Part shown: piece after piece, positions 1-10,756 of the stretch
Layout: every line of letters starts with the position of its first letter
How positions within the stretch are numbered: position 1 is the first letter of the stretch
From: Cyanophyceae cyanobacterium
GTDB taxonomy: Bacteria; Cyanobacteriota; Cyanobacteriia; Cyanobacteriales; JBHJGN01
Length of the DNA: 64,000 nucleotides
Direction of reading: 5' to 3'
Assembly (NCBI GenBank): GCA_050331735.1
Contig: JBHJGN010000015.1
Coordinates: 42,400 to 106,399 of the forward strand
Notes under the pieces: model-generated
Seen by the model: the letters and a program-made list of their open reading frames with translations, nothing else
What the model was told of the DNA's origin: nothing
Database searches by the model: none
Made by a program: the position numbers and the translations under genes

Positions 1-42
1 TCGAATACAGCTTTATCTAAACAGTCTCATCGAGAGCGAGAT

Positions 43-1908
43 ATGTCTTCTCATCCAGCGGCTCAGCCGGGAACCGAATCAAATACCACTCCTCAACGAG
101 GGTGGTTGAGCTTTCCGTGGTTAGCAGCCCTGCTGATTGTCATTTTTGGAAGCGTTGGCTTTGTGGCCACTTCGGCTTTACTCAAGCTACCGGCGGTCGC
201 CAACTGTCCGAAGATTTTCTTGCCTTTGGCTTCGGCTTCCAAGCGCCTGTACTGTGCCCAAGTGGAAGCCGAGAAAGCGACGGTCGATAGTCTTTTAGAA
301 GCGATCGCCTTAGTCAAAGGCTTACCCGCTAATCATCCCCTCCGCAGCGATATTGACCATTTAGTTGAGCAATGGTCGGTCGAGATTCTCGATTTAGCCG
401 AAGCCGATTTTCAAGCGGGTAAACTGAAGACGGCGGTTGCTACGGCCCGCCGCATTCCTCAGAACGTACGCGCCTATAGTTTGGTTGAAGAACGAGTTGA
501 GCGCTGGCAAACAATTTGGTCCAAAGCCGAGCAAATCGCTGCCGCCACCGAAAAACAACTGCGTCAGTCTAACTGGAACGAGGCTTTTCGAGCAGCGGTT
601 AAACTTGTCCAGCTCGATAATCACTACTGGGCCACGACGAAGTATCGCGAAACCGTTGATACAATTCAGGTAGCCCGCCAGGAAAGCCAAAAGCTTGATG
701 ACGCTTTTGCCGCCCTGGAAACAGATAGCGTTGACGACTGGCTGGAAGCCGTTGCCGAAGCGGATCGGATCGCCACCAGCAGCTATGTCTATCAAGAAGC
801 TCAAGAATTAATTGAGCAAGCCCGAGAAAAGTTCCTCGGCTACATCCAGAGACTCCTCGTCAATCGGAACTGGCAGCCGCTGCTCTCGGTGACAAATCGG
901 CTACCGGGGAGCTTAGAGCTAGAACAGGTAGACGAATGGCGACAGCTAGCCAGGGCCGGAACCAGCGCTGACCAAGGCACGATTTCTAGCTTAGAGAGAG
1001 CCATCGCAGAGGCAGAAAGAATTGAGGAAGACAGTGCTCTTTACGCAGATGCCCAGCAGCTCGTCGAGCGCTGGTATCTGGAAATTGACGACCTGCACCA
1101 TCTCTTGCAGGCGCGGGAACTAGCGCGTGCTGGCAACATCGGCGCTCTGTCAGAAGCGATCGCGGAGGCTCGCGTTATTCCGCGAGCCAATCCCCGTTAC
1201 CAAGAAGCCCAGGCGGAAATTCAGGACTGGAGACGCCAAATTGAAACCATTGAAGACCAGCCGTACCTCTCTCGGGCCAGAGAGTTAGCCAGCGGCGGCA
1301 CGATCCGAGCGTGGCAGGCGGCGATCGCCCAAGCTCGCCTCATTGCTTCTGGACGCGCTCTGCATTCAGAAGCCCAGAGAGAAATCCGCCGCTGGCGCAA
1401 CAGAATTGAACGCGAGGAAGATCAGCCTTATCTCGATGAGGCCGTCGCATTGTCCTACTCGAAGAATTACGCCGACGCGATTAACTTCGCGCAGCAAATT
1501 CGACCGGGAAGAGTGCTTTATGAAGAAGCGCGGAACAAAATTCAAGCATGGCAGCGAGAGATTCGGGCGGAGGAACTGATCGAAAGAGCTTATGAAGTGG
1601 CTCGTTCGAGAACGCCAGCCGCTCTGCTTGAGGCTATCAGAATTGCGCAGCAGGTGCCTGCGTCAACCGAGCCGAAGCGGGAAAGCCAGCAGGCTCTCAA
1701 CCGCTGGGGAAATCAGCTCTTAGCGATCGCCATCGACACCGCAGATAATTCTTTAAGAGACGCCATTGACCTGGCCGCCAAAATTCCCTCCGGCACTGAA
1801 GCCTACCAACCAGCGCAGGCGCAAATTGCTCGGTGGGAAGCCAGACTGAATCCCCCACCGTTAGTGATTCCGGAGTCTCCCTTCAGCGAAGAACCGCAGG
1901 AACTGTAA
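43..1908 (+). CDS. Conserved cyanobacterial membrane-anchored helical-repeat protein (often annotated 'chromosome segregation ATPase')
   Basis: 621 aa; N-terminal TM helix, LPAVANCPKIFLPLASAS-RLYCAQ motif, repeated 'A..IP....Y.EAQ..I..W' helical units; no Walker A seen. Confidence 0.7.
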   Translation: MSSHPAAQPGTESNTTPQRGWLSFPWLAALLIVIFGSVGFVATSALLKLPAVANCPKIFLPLASASKRLYCAQVEAEKATVDSLLEAIALVKGLPANHPLRSDIDHLVEQWSVEILDLAEADFQAGKLKTAVATARRIPQNVRAYSLVEERVERWQTIWSKAEQIAAATEKQLRQSNWNEAFRAAVKLVQLDNHYWATTKYRETVDTIQVARQESQKLDDAFAALETDSVDDWLEAVAEADRIATSSYVYQEAQELIEQAREKFLGYIQRLLVNRNWQPLLSVTNRLPGSLELEQVDEWRQLARAGTSADQGTISSLERAIAEAERIEEDSALYADAQQLVERWYLEIDDLHHLLQARELARAGNIGALSEAIAEARVIPRANPRYQEAQAEIQDWRRQIETIEDQPYLSRARELASGGTIRAWQAAIAQARLIASGRALHSEAQREIRRWRNRIEREEDQPYLDEAVALSYSKNYADAINFAQQIRPGRVLYEEARNKIQAWQREIRAEELIERAYEVARSRTPAALLEAIRIAQQVPASTEPKRESQQALNRWGNQLLAIAIDTADNSLRDAIDLAAKIPSGTEAYQPAQAQIARWEARLNPPPLVIPESPFSEEPQEL

Positions 1909-2129
1909 AGCGCCGCAGGCGCGGGGAAGCAGCTTTCGCGCTCGGGAGATAAAACTGGCAGCGACTTCGGCGAGGATTGTTCCTTCCCATCACTCCGTTA
2001 CAAAGGGGGCGATCGCCTCGCCTCCTGGCGACAACTCACCTCTAGAGGCTACATCAAAAGCTCTGCTTGCCGTCCCCAGTTTTGATAGGTTAAATAGTAA
2101 TGAGCAATACCTAATCGGGGTTGAGAAGC

Positions 2130-3971
2130 ATGGCGCTAATTGTTCAAAAGTACGGAGGAACGTCCGTTGGTTCGGTAGGCAGAATTAAAGCAGTAGCGGA
2201 ACGAGTGCTGAAAACGCTTGACAACAATCATTCCGTTGTTGTCGTCGTTTCGGCAATGGGCAAAACGACAGATAGGCTCGTTGGTTTAGCCAAGGAAATC
2301 TCCGCTCATCCCAGTCGTCGAGAGATGGATATGCTGCTGTCTACTGGAGAGCAAGTGTCGATCGCGCTACTGAGTATGGCGCTTCAGGAGCAAGGACAGG
2401 CGGCAATTTCTCTCACTGGCGCTCAGGTAGGAATTGTTACCGAAGCCGAATACAGTCGCGCCCGCATTCTTCAGATTAAAACCGAGCGCATTAAGCGCCA
2501 TCTCCACAAAGGAGAGGTGGTCGTCGTGGCCGGATTTCAGGGGATGAGCAGCAGCGCCGATTTTGAAATCACCACCCTCGGACGCGGCGGTTCTGATACC
2601 ACCGCCGTCGCTTTAGCTGCTTCTCTAGGAGCAGAACGCTGCGAAATTTATACCGACGTTCCCGGCATTTTGACGACCGATCCTCGCCTCGTCCCGGATG
2701 CTCAACTGATGTCAGAGATTACCGCCGATGAAATGCTGGAGTTAGCCAGTTTAGGTGCGAAGGTGCTGCACCCAAGAGCCGTAGAAATTGCTCGGAACTA
2801 TGGAGTTCCTCTGGTGGTGCTGTCAAGCTGGAGTGAAGATTTAGGAACTAAAGTTGTGTCTCCGCTGCCCAATCCGCGTTCTCTTAGGGGGCTAGAAATT
2901 ACTAAAGCCGTCGATGCGGTTGAGTTTAGTACCGATCAGGCCAAAGTAGCGCTCTTGAGAGTGCCGGATTGCCCCGGGGTGGCGGCCCGTTTGTTTGGCG
3001 AAATCGCCCACCAAAACGTCGATGTTGACCTGGTGATTCAATCGATTCACGAAGGCAACAGCAACGATATTGCCTTTACGGTAGTGCAGGGAGTACTCAG
3101 CAAAGCCGAAGCCGTGGCCGAAGCGATCGCCCCTGCGCTGCGCAGCCACCCGACTGCCACCGAGGAGGCAGAGGTGATGGTGGAGCGGCAAATTGCCAAA
3201 GTCGCCATTTCAGGAGCCGGGATGATCGGTCGTCCCGGGATCGCCGCTCGCCTGTTTACCACCCTATCCGAGGCCGGAGTTAACATCGAGATGATTTCTA
3301 CCTCCGAAGTCAAGGTAAGCTGCGTCATTGATGCGTCAGCGTGCGATCGCGCGATCGCCGCTCTTTGCCGCGCTTTTGAGATTAATAGTTCTCCCGTTCA
3401 CTTAGCAGCCTCCTCAGCAGTCTTGCCGCCAGTGCGGGGAGTGGCACTAGATGTCAATCAAGCCCGCCTTGCTATTCGTCACGTTCCAGACCGCCCTGGT
3501 TTGGCCGCGCGAATCTTTGGTTTGCTGGCGCAGCACAACATCAGCGTAGACATGATTATTCAATCTCAGCGCTGCCGCATTATTAATAGCATTCCCACCC
3601 GCGACATCGCCTTTACGGTAGCGCAGGCCGACGCTCAAGCGGCCATTACTGCCTTGAAGAGCCTAGCTCCTACGATTAACTGTGGCGAAATCTCTCTCGA
3701 TATAGAAATTGCCAAGGTTAGCATTGTGGGGGCAGGAATGGTCGGTCAACCCGGCGTGGCGGCTCGCTTATTTGCCGCTCTAGCCCAACAGAAGATTAAT
3801 ATTCAGATGATTACTACATCCGAAATCAAAATTAGCTGCGTTGTCTCTCAAGAAGATGGAGTGAGTGCTTTAAAAGCCGCCCACGAAGCGTTTGAGTTGG
3901 CAGGTGATTGTCCCTCCGGGACGGGGAAAGGGGAAAGGGAAATTTGTCCCTCCGGGACGGGGAAAGGGTAA
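2130..3971 (+). CDS. lysC: Aspartate kinase, cyanobacterial type with four ACT domains
   Basis: [31 protein letters not shown]; duplicated ACT pairs; last ~21 codons are repeat-derived. Confidence 0.95.
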   Translation: MALIVQKYGGTSVGSVGRIKAVAERVLKTLDNNHSVVVVVSAMGKTTDRLVGLAKEISAHPSRREMDMLLSTGEQVSIALLSMALQEQGQAAISLTGAQVGIVTEAEYSRARILQIKTERIKRHLHKGEVVVVAGFQGMSSSADFEITTLGRGGSDTTAVALAASLGAERCEIYTDVPGILTTDPRLVPDAQLMSEITADEMLELASLGAKVLHPRAVEIARNYGVPLVVLSSWSEDLGTKVVSPLPNPRSLRGLEITKAVDAVEFSTDQAKVALLRVPDCPGVAARLFGEIAHQNVDVDLVIQSIHEGNSNDIAFTVVQGVLSKAEAVAEAIAPALRSHPTATEEAEVMVERQIAKVAISGAGMIGRPGIAARLFTTLSEAGVNIEMISTSEVKVSCVIDASACDRAIAALCRAFEINSSPVHLAASSAVLPPVRGVALDVNQARLAIRHVPDRPGLAARIFGLLAQHNISVDMIIQSQRCRIINSIPTRDIAFTVAQADAQAAITALKSLAPTINCGEISLDIEIAKVSIVGAGMVGQPGVAARLFAALAQQKINIQMITTSEIKISCVVSQEDGVSALKAAHEAFELAGDCPSGTGKGEREICPSGTGKG

Positions 3972-3995
3972 GTCGCTCCGCGACCACGGAAAAGA
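3910..3995 (+). repeat. Mini-hairpin/GGGGAAA modular repeat block
   Basis: GTCCC-TCC-GGGAC x2 and GTCGC-TCC-GCGAC, with G/A tracts. Confidence 0.85.
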
Positions 3996-4165
3996 CGCAG
4001 GATTAAGGAGCAAACACCTTATACCGGTTAGCCATGTTATTATCTTGCAGATAATTTTCTCTATGCTATCGCTTAGTCAACTGGATTGACCAACTCCCAC
4101 GGCTAAAAGCACGTGGGATTCAAGGTTCAAGCAGAGATTGCTGCCTCAGACAGACTGACATCTCC

Positions 4166-5250
4166 TCACCTCAGAGTTGTAGCCCCAACTCTATGAATTA
4201 CTCGGCTGGCGTTGGCATCGCGTCTGTGCTTAGTCGAACAGCCTGGACACACCCAATAACGCTTGTTCAAGTCAAGCTTATCGATCACAAAACCACACTC
4301 AGAACAGGTTTTAGAGCTAGGAAGCCAACGGTCAATATAGCTAACTACCTTGCCTTTTTTCTCGGCTACAAAGTCCAGGATTTTCAGGAACTCAGCAAAC
4401 GCCAAGTCACTAATTTTCCGACCCCACAAACGCTGCATTCCCTTGAGGCTAAGAGTTTCAAAGAATAAATAGTCAAACTTGTCGGTCAACTGATGTGCTA
4501 GCTTCCAAAACCAATCAGAGCGACGATTAACTACTTTCTCGTGCACTCGAACTAGGTTTTGTCTTGCCTTTTCTCGACTCCTAGAACCTCTCTTCTTTGT
4601 AGAATGCTGACGACTAGCTAGCTTTAGCTGCTTGAGAGATTGTTTAAGGAACAATGGCGATTTAATATCGATGCCGTCCGAGCAAGTTAGAAACGTTTTG
4701 CAGCCAAAATCAAAGCCTGCGCTGTTACCTGTCATGGCTGAGGCTTGTGATTGTCTACAAAATCTGTCACGACATACACAAACAACTCGCCTAGAGCATT
4801 GCGTTTGATCGTGACTGTTTTAATCTTCCCTTGGATTTCTCGACTGAGCCAGAATTTAAAGACTCGCTTTCCAATCCTCAACTGATTACCAGCCAAGAAG
4901 TTGTAGCCATTCTGCTTGAGCGTAATAGATTTATACTTAATTCTCTTTCTAAAGTTTGGTGGTCTAACTCCCTTACTGTGGCGTTTGAAAAATAGCTGAT
5001 AGGCTCGGTCTATCCGCTGAACAATATCCTGAACAGCCTGTGCGTTAACCAAGAGCCAATAAGCGTTTCTACGTCTGAGCTTAGCTATATGCTTCATCAG
5101 CTTGTTCGGGTTCAAATGTTTCTTGAACATCCGATAATAGCGCTTATGCAAAGCAATACAGTGGTTATAGACACTGCTGGCTGCATTGATAGCGCGATGC
5201 AGATGTTTGTTTCGTTTGTGGTGATATAGCTTGAATTTAAACGTTTTCAC
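4166..5250 (-). pseudogene. tnpB: TnpB RNA-guided nuclease, split by a frameshift at ~4733
   Basis: N-part MKTFKFKLY..HTH (4732-5250); C-part with RuvC GFDFG, FFETL, Zn finger CSEC..CPGC, RDANA (4166-4735); the two ORFs overlap by ATGA. Confidence 0.88.
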
Positions 5251-5288
5251 ACGTCTATAATAACACTAGATAGACATAAGTGATAGAC

Positions 5289-5684
5289 ATGACAGAGAGA
5301 TATAGACGAACACACACAACCGTTTCAGACGTTAATTATCATTTCATCTGGATCCCGAGAAGACGACGGAAGGTATTAAAGGGGGAGATCCAAAAAAGGC
5401 TTAACGAACTGATCCATCAAGCCTGATCCGAACTAGATTGTCGATTAATTTCTCTTGCCATAGAACCTGACCACGTGCATCTATTCATCAATGCACCTTG
5501 TCATTTGGGTATTCCAGCTATCATGCACAAAGTCAAAGGCGCATCGGCTAGATATTTAAGAAAAGAGTTTCCCCAGTTGATGAAGCTGCCTTCAATGTGG
5601 ACTCGCAGCTATTTTGTTTCTACGGCTGGACAAGTTAGCTTAGAGACAAGTACAGAATATGTCGAAGCACAAGGAAAAGACTGA
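5289..5684 (+). pseudogene. tnpA: IS200-type HUH transposase TnpA with in-frame TGA at 5424-5426
   Basis: ATG 5289 reads MTERYRRTHTTVSDVNYHFIWIPRRRRKVL...HQA* then continues in frame to EPDHVHLF (HUH), KGASARYLRKEFP, WTRSYFVST, YVEAQ. Confidence 0.9.
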
Positions 5685-5878
5685 CTGCGGTTAAAACCGC
5701 CAGCTCGTTTTTCTACCCACGGCTGAAGCTCGTGGGCTATCAAACTGCGACGGTTCCTGTATTGCCGTAGCAGAGAGTTTTGCCGATGCGAGACTTCCGA
5801 TTATTCCACTCCTGAGTCACGATTAGAAGAATCTAATCTACTTGCGTTAAACTCACCATAGATGACGCTTGCAAATTC

Positions 5879-7021
5879 ATGCCAGATTTCAAAGAAGCAT
5901 CGAATACAGCGTTCGATCGTCAGATGATGCAGCGGTGTCTTCAGCTCGCTCGTCGGGCGCTCGGGCAAACTTCACCAAATCCGCTGGTAGGAGCGGTGAT
6001 TGTTCGTGATGGCGAAATCGTTGGCGAAGGATTCCATCCTGGTGCTGGACAGCCCCATGCGGAAGTGTTTGCCCTCAGAGAAGCCGGGGAACAGGCGAAG
6101 GAGGCTACAGCCTACGTTAGCTTAGAACCTTGCAATCATTTCGGACGGACGCCGCCCTGTTCAGAAGCGCTGGTTGCGGCTGGAGTGGCTAAGGTGGTGG
6201 TTGGCATGGTCGATCCCGATCCCCGCGTCTCTGGAGGCGGGATTGAACGACTGCGGAGTGCCGGGATTGAAGTGGTTGTTGGGGTAGAAGAAGCAGCCTG
6301 TCGTCAGCTCAATGAAGCTTTTATTCATCGCGTTCTTTACCAGCGTCCCTTTGGAATTTTGAAGTATGCTATGACCCTAGACGGCAAAATTGCCACCCAA
6401 AAGAGTCATAGTGCCTGGATCACTGGAGTTGCCGCCCGTCGCCAGGTCCATCAGCTTCGAGCGGCCTGCGATGCGGTGATCGTTGGCGGCAATACCGTTC
6501 GTCAAGACAACCCCCGCCTCACCAGTCATCAGGCTGGAGCGCACAATCCCTTACGGGTGGTGATGAGTCGCACGTTAGAGTTACCGCTGGAGTCCCATCT
6601 CTGGCAAACTGAGGAAGCGCCTACGTTAGTTCTGACTCAAAAAGGAGCTAATTTGCCGCTGCAAGAGCAGCTCCGGCATAACAAAGTCGAGGTTGTTGAG
6701 CTATTGACCCTGACGCCAACAGCGGCCTTGGCTCATCTCTACGAGCGCCAGTTGAATAGCGTCCTGTGGGAATGTGGCGGAGTGCTGGCTGCCAGGGCGA
6801 TCGCTGAAGGAGCTATCCAAAAGGTGGCTGCATTTGTTGCTCCTAAAATTATTGGAGGCCAAGGCGCTCCTTCCCCGGTTGGCGATTTAGGATTAGGTAG
6901 AATGACCGATGCTTTGGAGCTGGAAAAAGTATCGCTGCGCTTGGTAGAATCTGATTTCTTAGTGGAGGGATATTTGCCTGCTCAGGCGTGGTTATCGAAG
7001 CTGGGGGGGCTAGATAGATAG
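5879..7021 (+). CDS. ribD: Bifunctional diaminohydroxyphosphoribosylaminopyrimidine deaminase/reductase
   Basis: TSPNPLVGAV, HAE, LEPCNHFGRTPPC, KYAMTLDGKIA. Confidence 0.96.
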   Translation: MPDFKEASNTAFDRQMMQRCLQLARRALGQTSPNPLVGAVIVRDGEIVGEGFHPGAGQPHAEVFALREAGEQAKEATAYVSLEPCNHFGRTPPCSEALVAAGVAKVVVGMVDPDPRVSGGGIERLRSAGIEVVVGVEEAACRQLNEAFIHRVLYQRPFGILKYAMTLDGKIATQKSHSAWITGVAARRQVHQLRAACDAVIVGGNTVRQDNPRLTSHQAGAHNPLRVVMSRTLELPLESHLWQTEEAPTLVLTQKGANLPLQEQLRHNKVEVVELLTLTPTAALAHLYERQLNSVLWECGGVLAARAIAEGAIQKVAAFVAPKIIGGQGAPSPVGDLGLGRMTDALELEKVSLRLVESDFLVEGYLPAQAWLSKLGGLDR

Positions 7022-7056
7022 AGCTCAGGGAACGTGGCCCTTTCTGGCAGTTACAC

Positions 7057-7093
7057 AGAGAGGGTTTAACGCTTTGAGCATCAAACCCTCTCT
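7057..7093. terminator. Hairpin between convergent genes, probable bidirectional terminator
   Basis: AGAGAGGGTTT ... AAACCCTCTCT perfect 11-bp stem. Confidence 0.55.
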
Positions 7094-7116
7094 ATCGAGT
7101 ACTGCTAGCATACTTA

Positions 7117-7353
7117 TCAATTGGTGAAGTTTTCTGCTGAGCGCTTACTCATTTTGTCTAAACCAAAAGGGATCGACATAATTAATAGCTTGATTACCCA
7201 AGGAGCTAGAAACAGAGTTGTTAGGGAAGCGAGTAAGGCAGCAAAGGCCATCGCAACTTTAACAACTTCTTCTTGAGAAATGACGCTTAGACAAGCAGTA
7301 ACTGTTGCAATCGCAAAGGATACTAAAGAAAGAAATAGCATCGTCAGGAACAC
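7117..7353 (-). CDS. Small hypothetical membrane protein
   Basis: 78 aa with two to three hydrophobic helices. Confidence 0.55.
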   Translation of the reverse strand: MFLTMLFLSLVSFAIATVTACLSVISQEEVVKVAMAFAALLASLTTLFLAPWVIKLLIMSIPFGLDKMSKRSAENFTN

Positions 7354-7666
7354 CTTTTCTATAAAGACGTTAGATGCGTTCCTTCGGTTTATTGGACCTA
7401 CTTCCGTCTTTCCTCTGTCTTAATCAGTCAGTGAAAAGATGAACGACGTGTATTTTGTATACTTATATAAACTATATAACTTCCCGTGAGTCTGTCAAGC
7501 TCTGCGTCAAAGTTTGTTGACGAAAACAGTGCCCCTGGTTAAGGGGCGAGCACTCACTATTGCCTTGCTGTCAAGCTCCTATGTCTTAACCGTTAGCTTG
7601 TGGACTTCGGCTAACAGCGATTGAAGTGAATCGCCTATTCACAATGTCTAACCAAGACCGACAATT

Positions 7667-8281
7667 CTATACCGCCGGATCGCGATCGAGAATAACAATG
7701 TGGCGATCGCTTCCTAAAGCAATCAGTTCCCGACGCTGGAACTCTCCTAATAACCGCGTCACCGTGACTCTAGTTGTCCCAATTGCGTTAGCAATATTTT
7801 GGTGAGTAAAGCGAACGGCTAAGCGAGTCCCTCCAGAAATAGGCTCTCCCATTTCCTGTTTGAGCAATAGCAACAGTTCGTGTAGCCTCTCCTCTACCCG
7901 GCGCAAACCAGCAATCGACAATAAAGCTTCTGTCTGTCTCACGCGACGCACTACTCCCCCCAGTATCGTTTGAGCAAGCTGAGCAGATGTTTCAATTTCG
8001 CCCAAAGAGTACCAGCGCAAATAAACATCCGATAGAGCTTTCGCCTGATAAGGCTCAACGCGAGTTAGCCAAGTTCCAAAGAAGGTTGCTGGTTTGGCCC
8101 ATCCAAGCAGTAGTTCCTCGCCGCTGTGATGAATTTTACTGAGTTGGACAACGCCGCGATAAACCTGCCAAACCCCCTGTGCTACTAATGGAATTTCATC
8201 TCCCTTGTCATAGAAGTGAAGCCTTCTTCCTTCCCCGTACTCTTGAGCTTTTTCGAGCTTCCCTTTGTCGGTTACAAGCAT
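7667..8281 (-). CDS. Crp/Fnr-family transcriptional regulator
   Basis: cNMP-like N-domain; C-terminal HTH FTHQNIANAIGTTRVTVTRLL. Confidence 0.92.
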   Translation of the reverse strand: MLVTDKGKLEKAQEYGEGRRLHFYDKGDEIPLVAQGVWQVYRGVVQLSKIHHSGEELLLGWAKPATFFGTWLTRVEPYQAKALSDVYLRWYSLGEIETSAQLAQTILGGVVRRVRQTEALLSIAGLRRVEERLHELLLLLKQEMGEPISGGTRLAVRFTHQNIANAIGTTRVTVTRLLGEFQRRELIALGSDRHIVILDRDPAV

Positions 8282-8627
8282 TTATTTTGTCAGCCGATTG
8301 GCTTAGAGAAAGTGCCTTTTACGTCAAAGGCTATCCGCTTTAGGTAAACATTCGGTAATCGTCTGATTAAATTACAGCTAATTTCCCATAAAGTATGACC
8401 AGGGGCATCTTTTAAACCTCTCTCTCATGGGTTGAAGAACCCTTTGTCGAATGCATGCATGCAATAGCCTGTCAATTATACAGTTTTGATTCAAGTCATT
8501 CCGCAATTTCCGCTATTTACACACCTTTCTTCGCGGCTTATCTTGTAAACAAAGCATATTCTATGGAATATCAGCCCATTCCTAGCCACTTGCAGTTTTT
8601 TCTCAGGGATGCAATTAGGAGCCAAAT

Positions 8628-10748
8628 ATGGATTTTTTAGTTTACGAACCTTTTAATAATAACGAAGCACAGAAAAAAGTTTGGGGTTGGCTACAGGATG
8701 CATTTAAAGATGAAGCAGGCATCGCGTATTACCGCTATCCGATTTTTGCCGCTGGCATCAATCGAGAACCTGATATTCTCATGCTGCATCGCCAGCTAGG
8801 TGTGTGGGTGATTGATTGCCAGGAATACGCTATTGACAGTATAGCCACTATTGAAGGGGATGAATGGCAAATGAACGACTGGCAACGGGAAACCGAAACG
8901 CCAGTGGTTCAGGCAGAAGATAAATTGTTTGCTGTTCAAAGTAAGCTGACAGGACGCCGAGAAACTCGTGGTTTGCTTGATTCTCTTCATTTTCGAGTTG
9001 CCCTTCCTCACATTGAACGACATCAGTGGGAAACCCGAGGATTTCATCAACGACCAGCGACTCACCGTTGTGATGTGCCAGTTATTTTAGTCTCTGAAGA
9101 TTTAACCCCAGAAGCGTTAAGAAGAAAGTTAATCGAAGCTTCAGGCGATCGCCAACAAGAATTGAGCGATCGCGAGTGGGAACTGATTGCAGGAGTTTTC
9201 GGAGGAACGCTACCGGCATCGCCTCGCCATATTCCTACAGGAACGCCTCTCAATCACCCTGCTAGAGTGATTCAAGCCATTGAATCTCAACTGAAGATTT
9301 TGGATGAAACTCAACAGCAAATCGCCTTTGAAGTTCCCGATGGCCCACAACGCCTGCGGGGGTTAGCCGGAACAGGCAAAACTGTTCTTCTGGCAAAACG
9401 CGCTGCTAAGATACACGCCTCTCATCCAGACTGGACGATTGCTTTAGTCTTCTTTACGCGCTCTCTCTACGATCAAATCCTTAAGTTAATCGCTCATTTT
9501 TACCGAGAGATGACTAGCGAGGAACCCGATTGGACAAAACTCAGGGTTTTACATGCTTGGGGGGGCAGAGAACAGCCGGGTTTTTACTATAGCTTAGCAA
9601 TGAAGTGTGGACACACACCTCAAACCGTTGGTGACGTGACCTCGGCTATTGGTCCAGTATCACCCGGAAAAGCATTTGAGTCTATCTGCCAGCGCCTCGA
9701 AGAAAGCCCTGTGCCTGCTATTTACGATGCTGTTTTGATTGATGAAGGTCAAGATTTACCGCCTGTATTCTACAGACTCGCTTACAAAACCCTCAAAGAA
9801 CCTCGACGACTGTACTGGGCCTACGATGAAGCGCAAGGAATCGGTTCATTGATGATTCCCACCTCAGAAACTCTCTTTGGCAGAAATGCAGACGGCAGTT
9901 TAGGAGTGGACGTTCGCGGTAGCTACGAAGGAGGAATTTTAAAAAGCCATATCTTGAATCAGTGCTACCGATCTCCCCGTTCCTTGCTGATGGCTGCTCA
10001 TGCGGTCAATATGGGACTGTTTAGAAGAGGAGGGGCTTTGCAGGGAGTTACCAATCAAAAAGACTGGCAAGATTTAGGCTATGCGGTGACGGACGGTGAT
10101 TTTAAATCAGAAAGCGTCAAGGCTGGCAGAACGGTGACGGTAACGCGATCGCTCTCCGCCAGTCCTCATCCGGTGGATCGAGAAGACTTCGACCTTAAAG
10201 ATGCCCTGGGAACTCTCCTGACGATTCACCCTGTCTGGACTGAACGCGAAGAAAGAGAGTGGATAGCCAAGCAAGTGGCTCAAGATTTAGCTCAAGGACT
10301 TGACCCTTGGGACATCATGATTACAGCACTCGCTGGCGACTACGAAAAAGATTATCTCTACGAACTGCAAAACGCTCTCAAAGAGCAAGGAATCGACAGC
10401 TACATTGCCGGGGTTAATGGCGATCGCAGTATTTTCCGCAAAGCAGGACACGTCACGATTGCGAATGTTTATCGCGCTAAAGGCAACGAAGCGTGGAAAG
10501 TTTATGCCTGCCGGTTTCATTATGCCACTCAGCCGCTAGAGTGGAAACAGGAAAATGAGCTGCACAAACGCAATGAAGCTTTTGTCGCCCTAACGCGATC
10601 GCGGGTTTGGTGCGTCGTCACCGGAATCGACAGCCCGATTTTTGCTGAACTACAGCAGGCACTTGAGCAGTATCCTCACTTTACTTTCCCGGCTTTTAAT
10701 CGAGCATCTTTAAAACGGCATATGGAAGAAGCAGAGCCTGACAGTTAA
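8628..10748 (+). CDS. NERD-like domain fused to an SF1 (UvrD-like) helicase
   Basis: REPDILMLH..GVWVID N-domain; Walker A GLAGTGKT; Walker B LIDEGQD; YRSP; RAKGNEA; FVALTRSR. Confidence 0.82.
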   Translation: MDFLVYEPFNNNEAQKKVWGWLQDAFKDEAGIAYYRYPIFAAGINREPDILMLHRQLGVWVIDCQEYAIDSIATIEGDEWQMNDWQRETETPVVQAEDKLFAVQSKLTGRRETRGLLDSLHFRVALPHIERHQWETRGFHQRPATHRCDVPVILVSEDLTPEALRRKLIEASGDRQQELSDREWELIAGVFGGTLPASPRHIPTGTPLNHPARVIQAIESQLKILDETQQQIAFEVPDGPQRLRGLAGTGKTVLLAKRAAKIHASHPDWTIALVFFTRSLYDQILKLIAHFYREMTSEEPDWTKLRVLHAWGGREQPGFYYSLAMKCGHTPQTVGDVTSAIGPVSPGKAFESICQRLEESPVPAIYDAVLIDEGQDLPPVFYRLAYKTLKEPRRLYWAYDEAQGIGSLMIPTSETLFGRNADGSLGVDVRGSYEGGILKSHILNQCYRSPRSLLMAAHAVNMGLFRRGGALQGVTNQKDWQDLGYAVTDGDFKSESVKAGRTVTVTRSLSASPHPVDREDFDLKDALGTLLTIHPVWTEREEREWIAKQVAQDLAQGLDPWDIMITALAGDYEKDYLYELQNALKEQGIDSYIAGVNGDRSIFRKAGHVTIANVYRAKGNEAWKVYACRFHYATQPLEWKQENELHKRNEAFVALTRSRVWCVVTGIDSPIFAELQQALEQYPHFTFPAFNRASLKRHMEEAEPDS

Positions 10749-10756
10749 ATGGACAA

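Larger units (their letters stand above)
4086..5758 (-). mobile_element. IS200/IS605-family element (divergent tnpA and tnpB), decayed
   Basis: Subterminal hairpins CCCACGGCTAAAAGCACGTGGG (~4096-4117) and CCCACGGCTGAAGCTCGTGGG (~5716-5736); on the minus strand GAAT-hairpin-TCAA right end; tnpA and tnpB inside; left boundary inferred. Confidence 0.85.

Noticed and set aside
43..1908. ATPase/SMC function for the first ORF
   Set aside because: No Walker motifs visible; helical-repeat membrane protein
3907..3971. PSGTGKG as a Walker A motif
   Set aside because: Encoded by the DNA repeat, lacks the following S/T and any ATPase fold context
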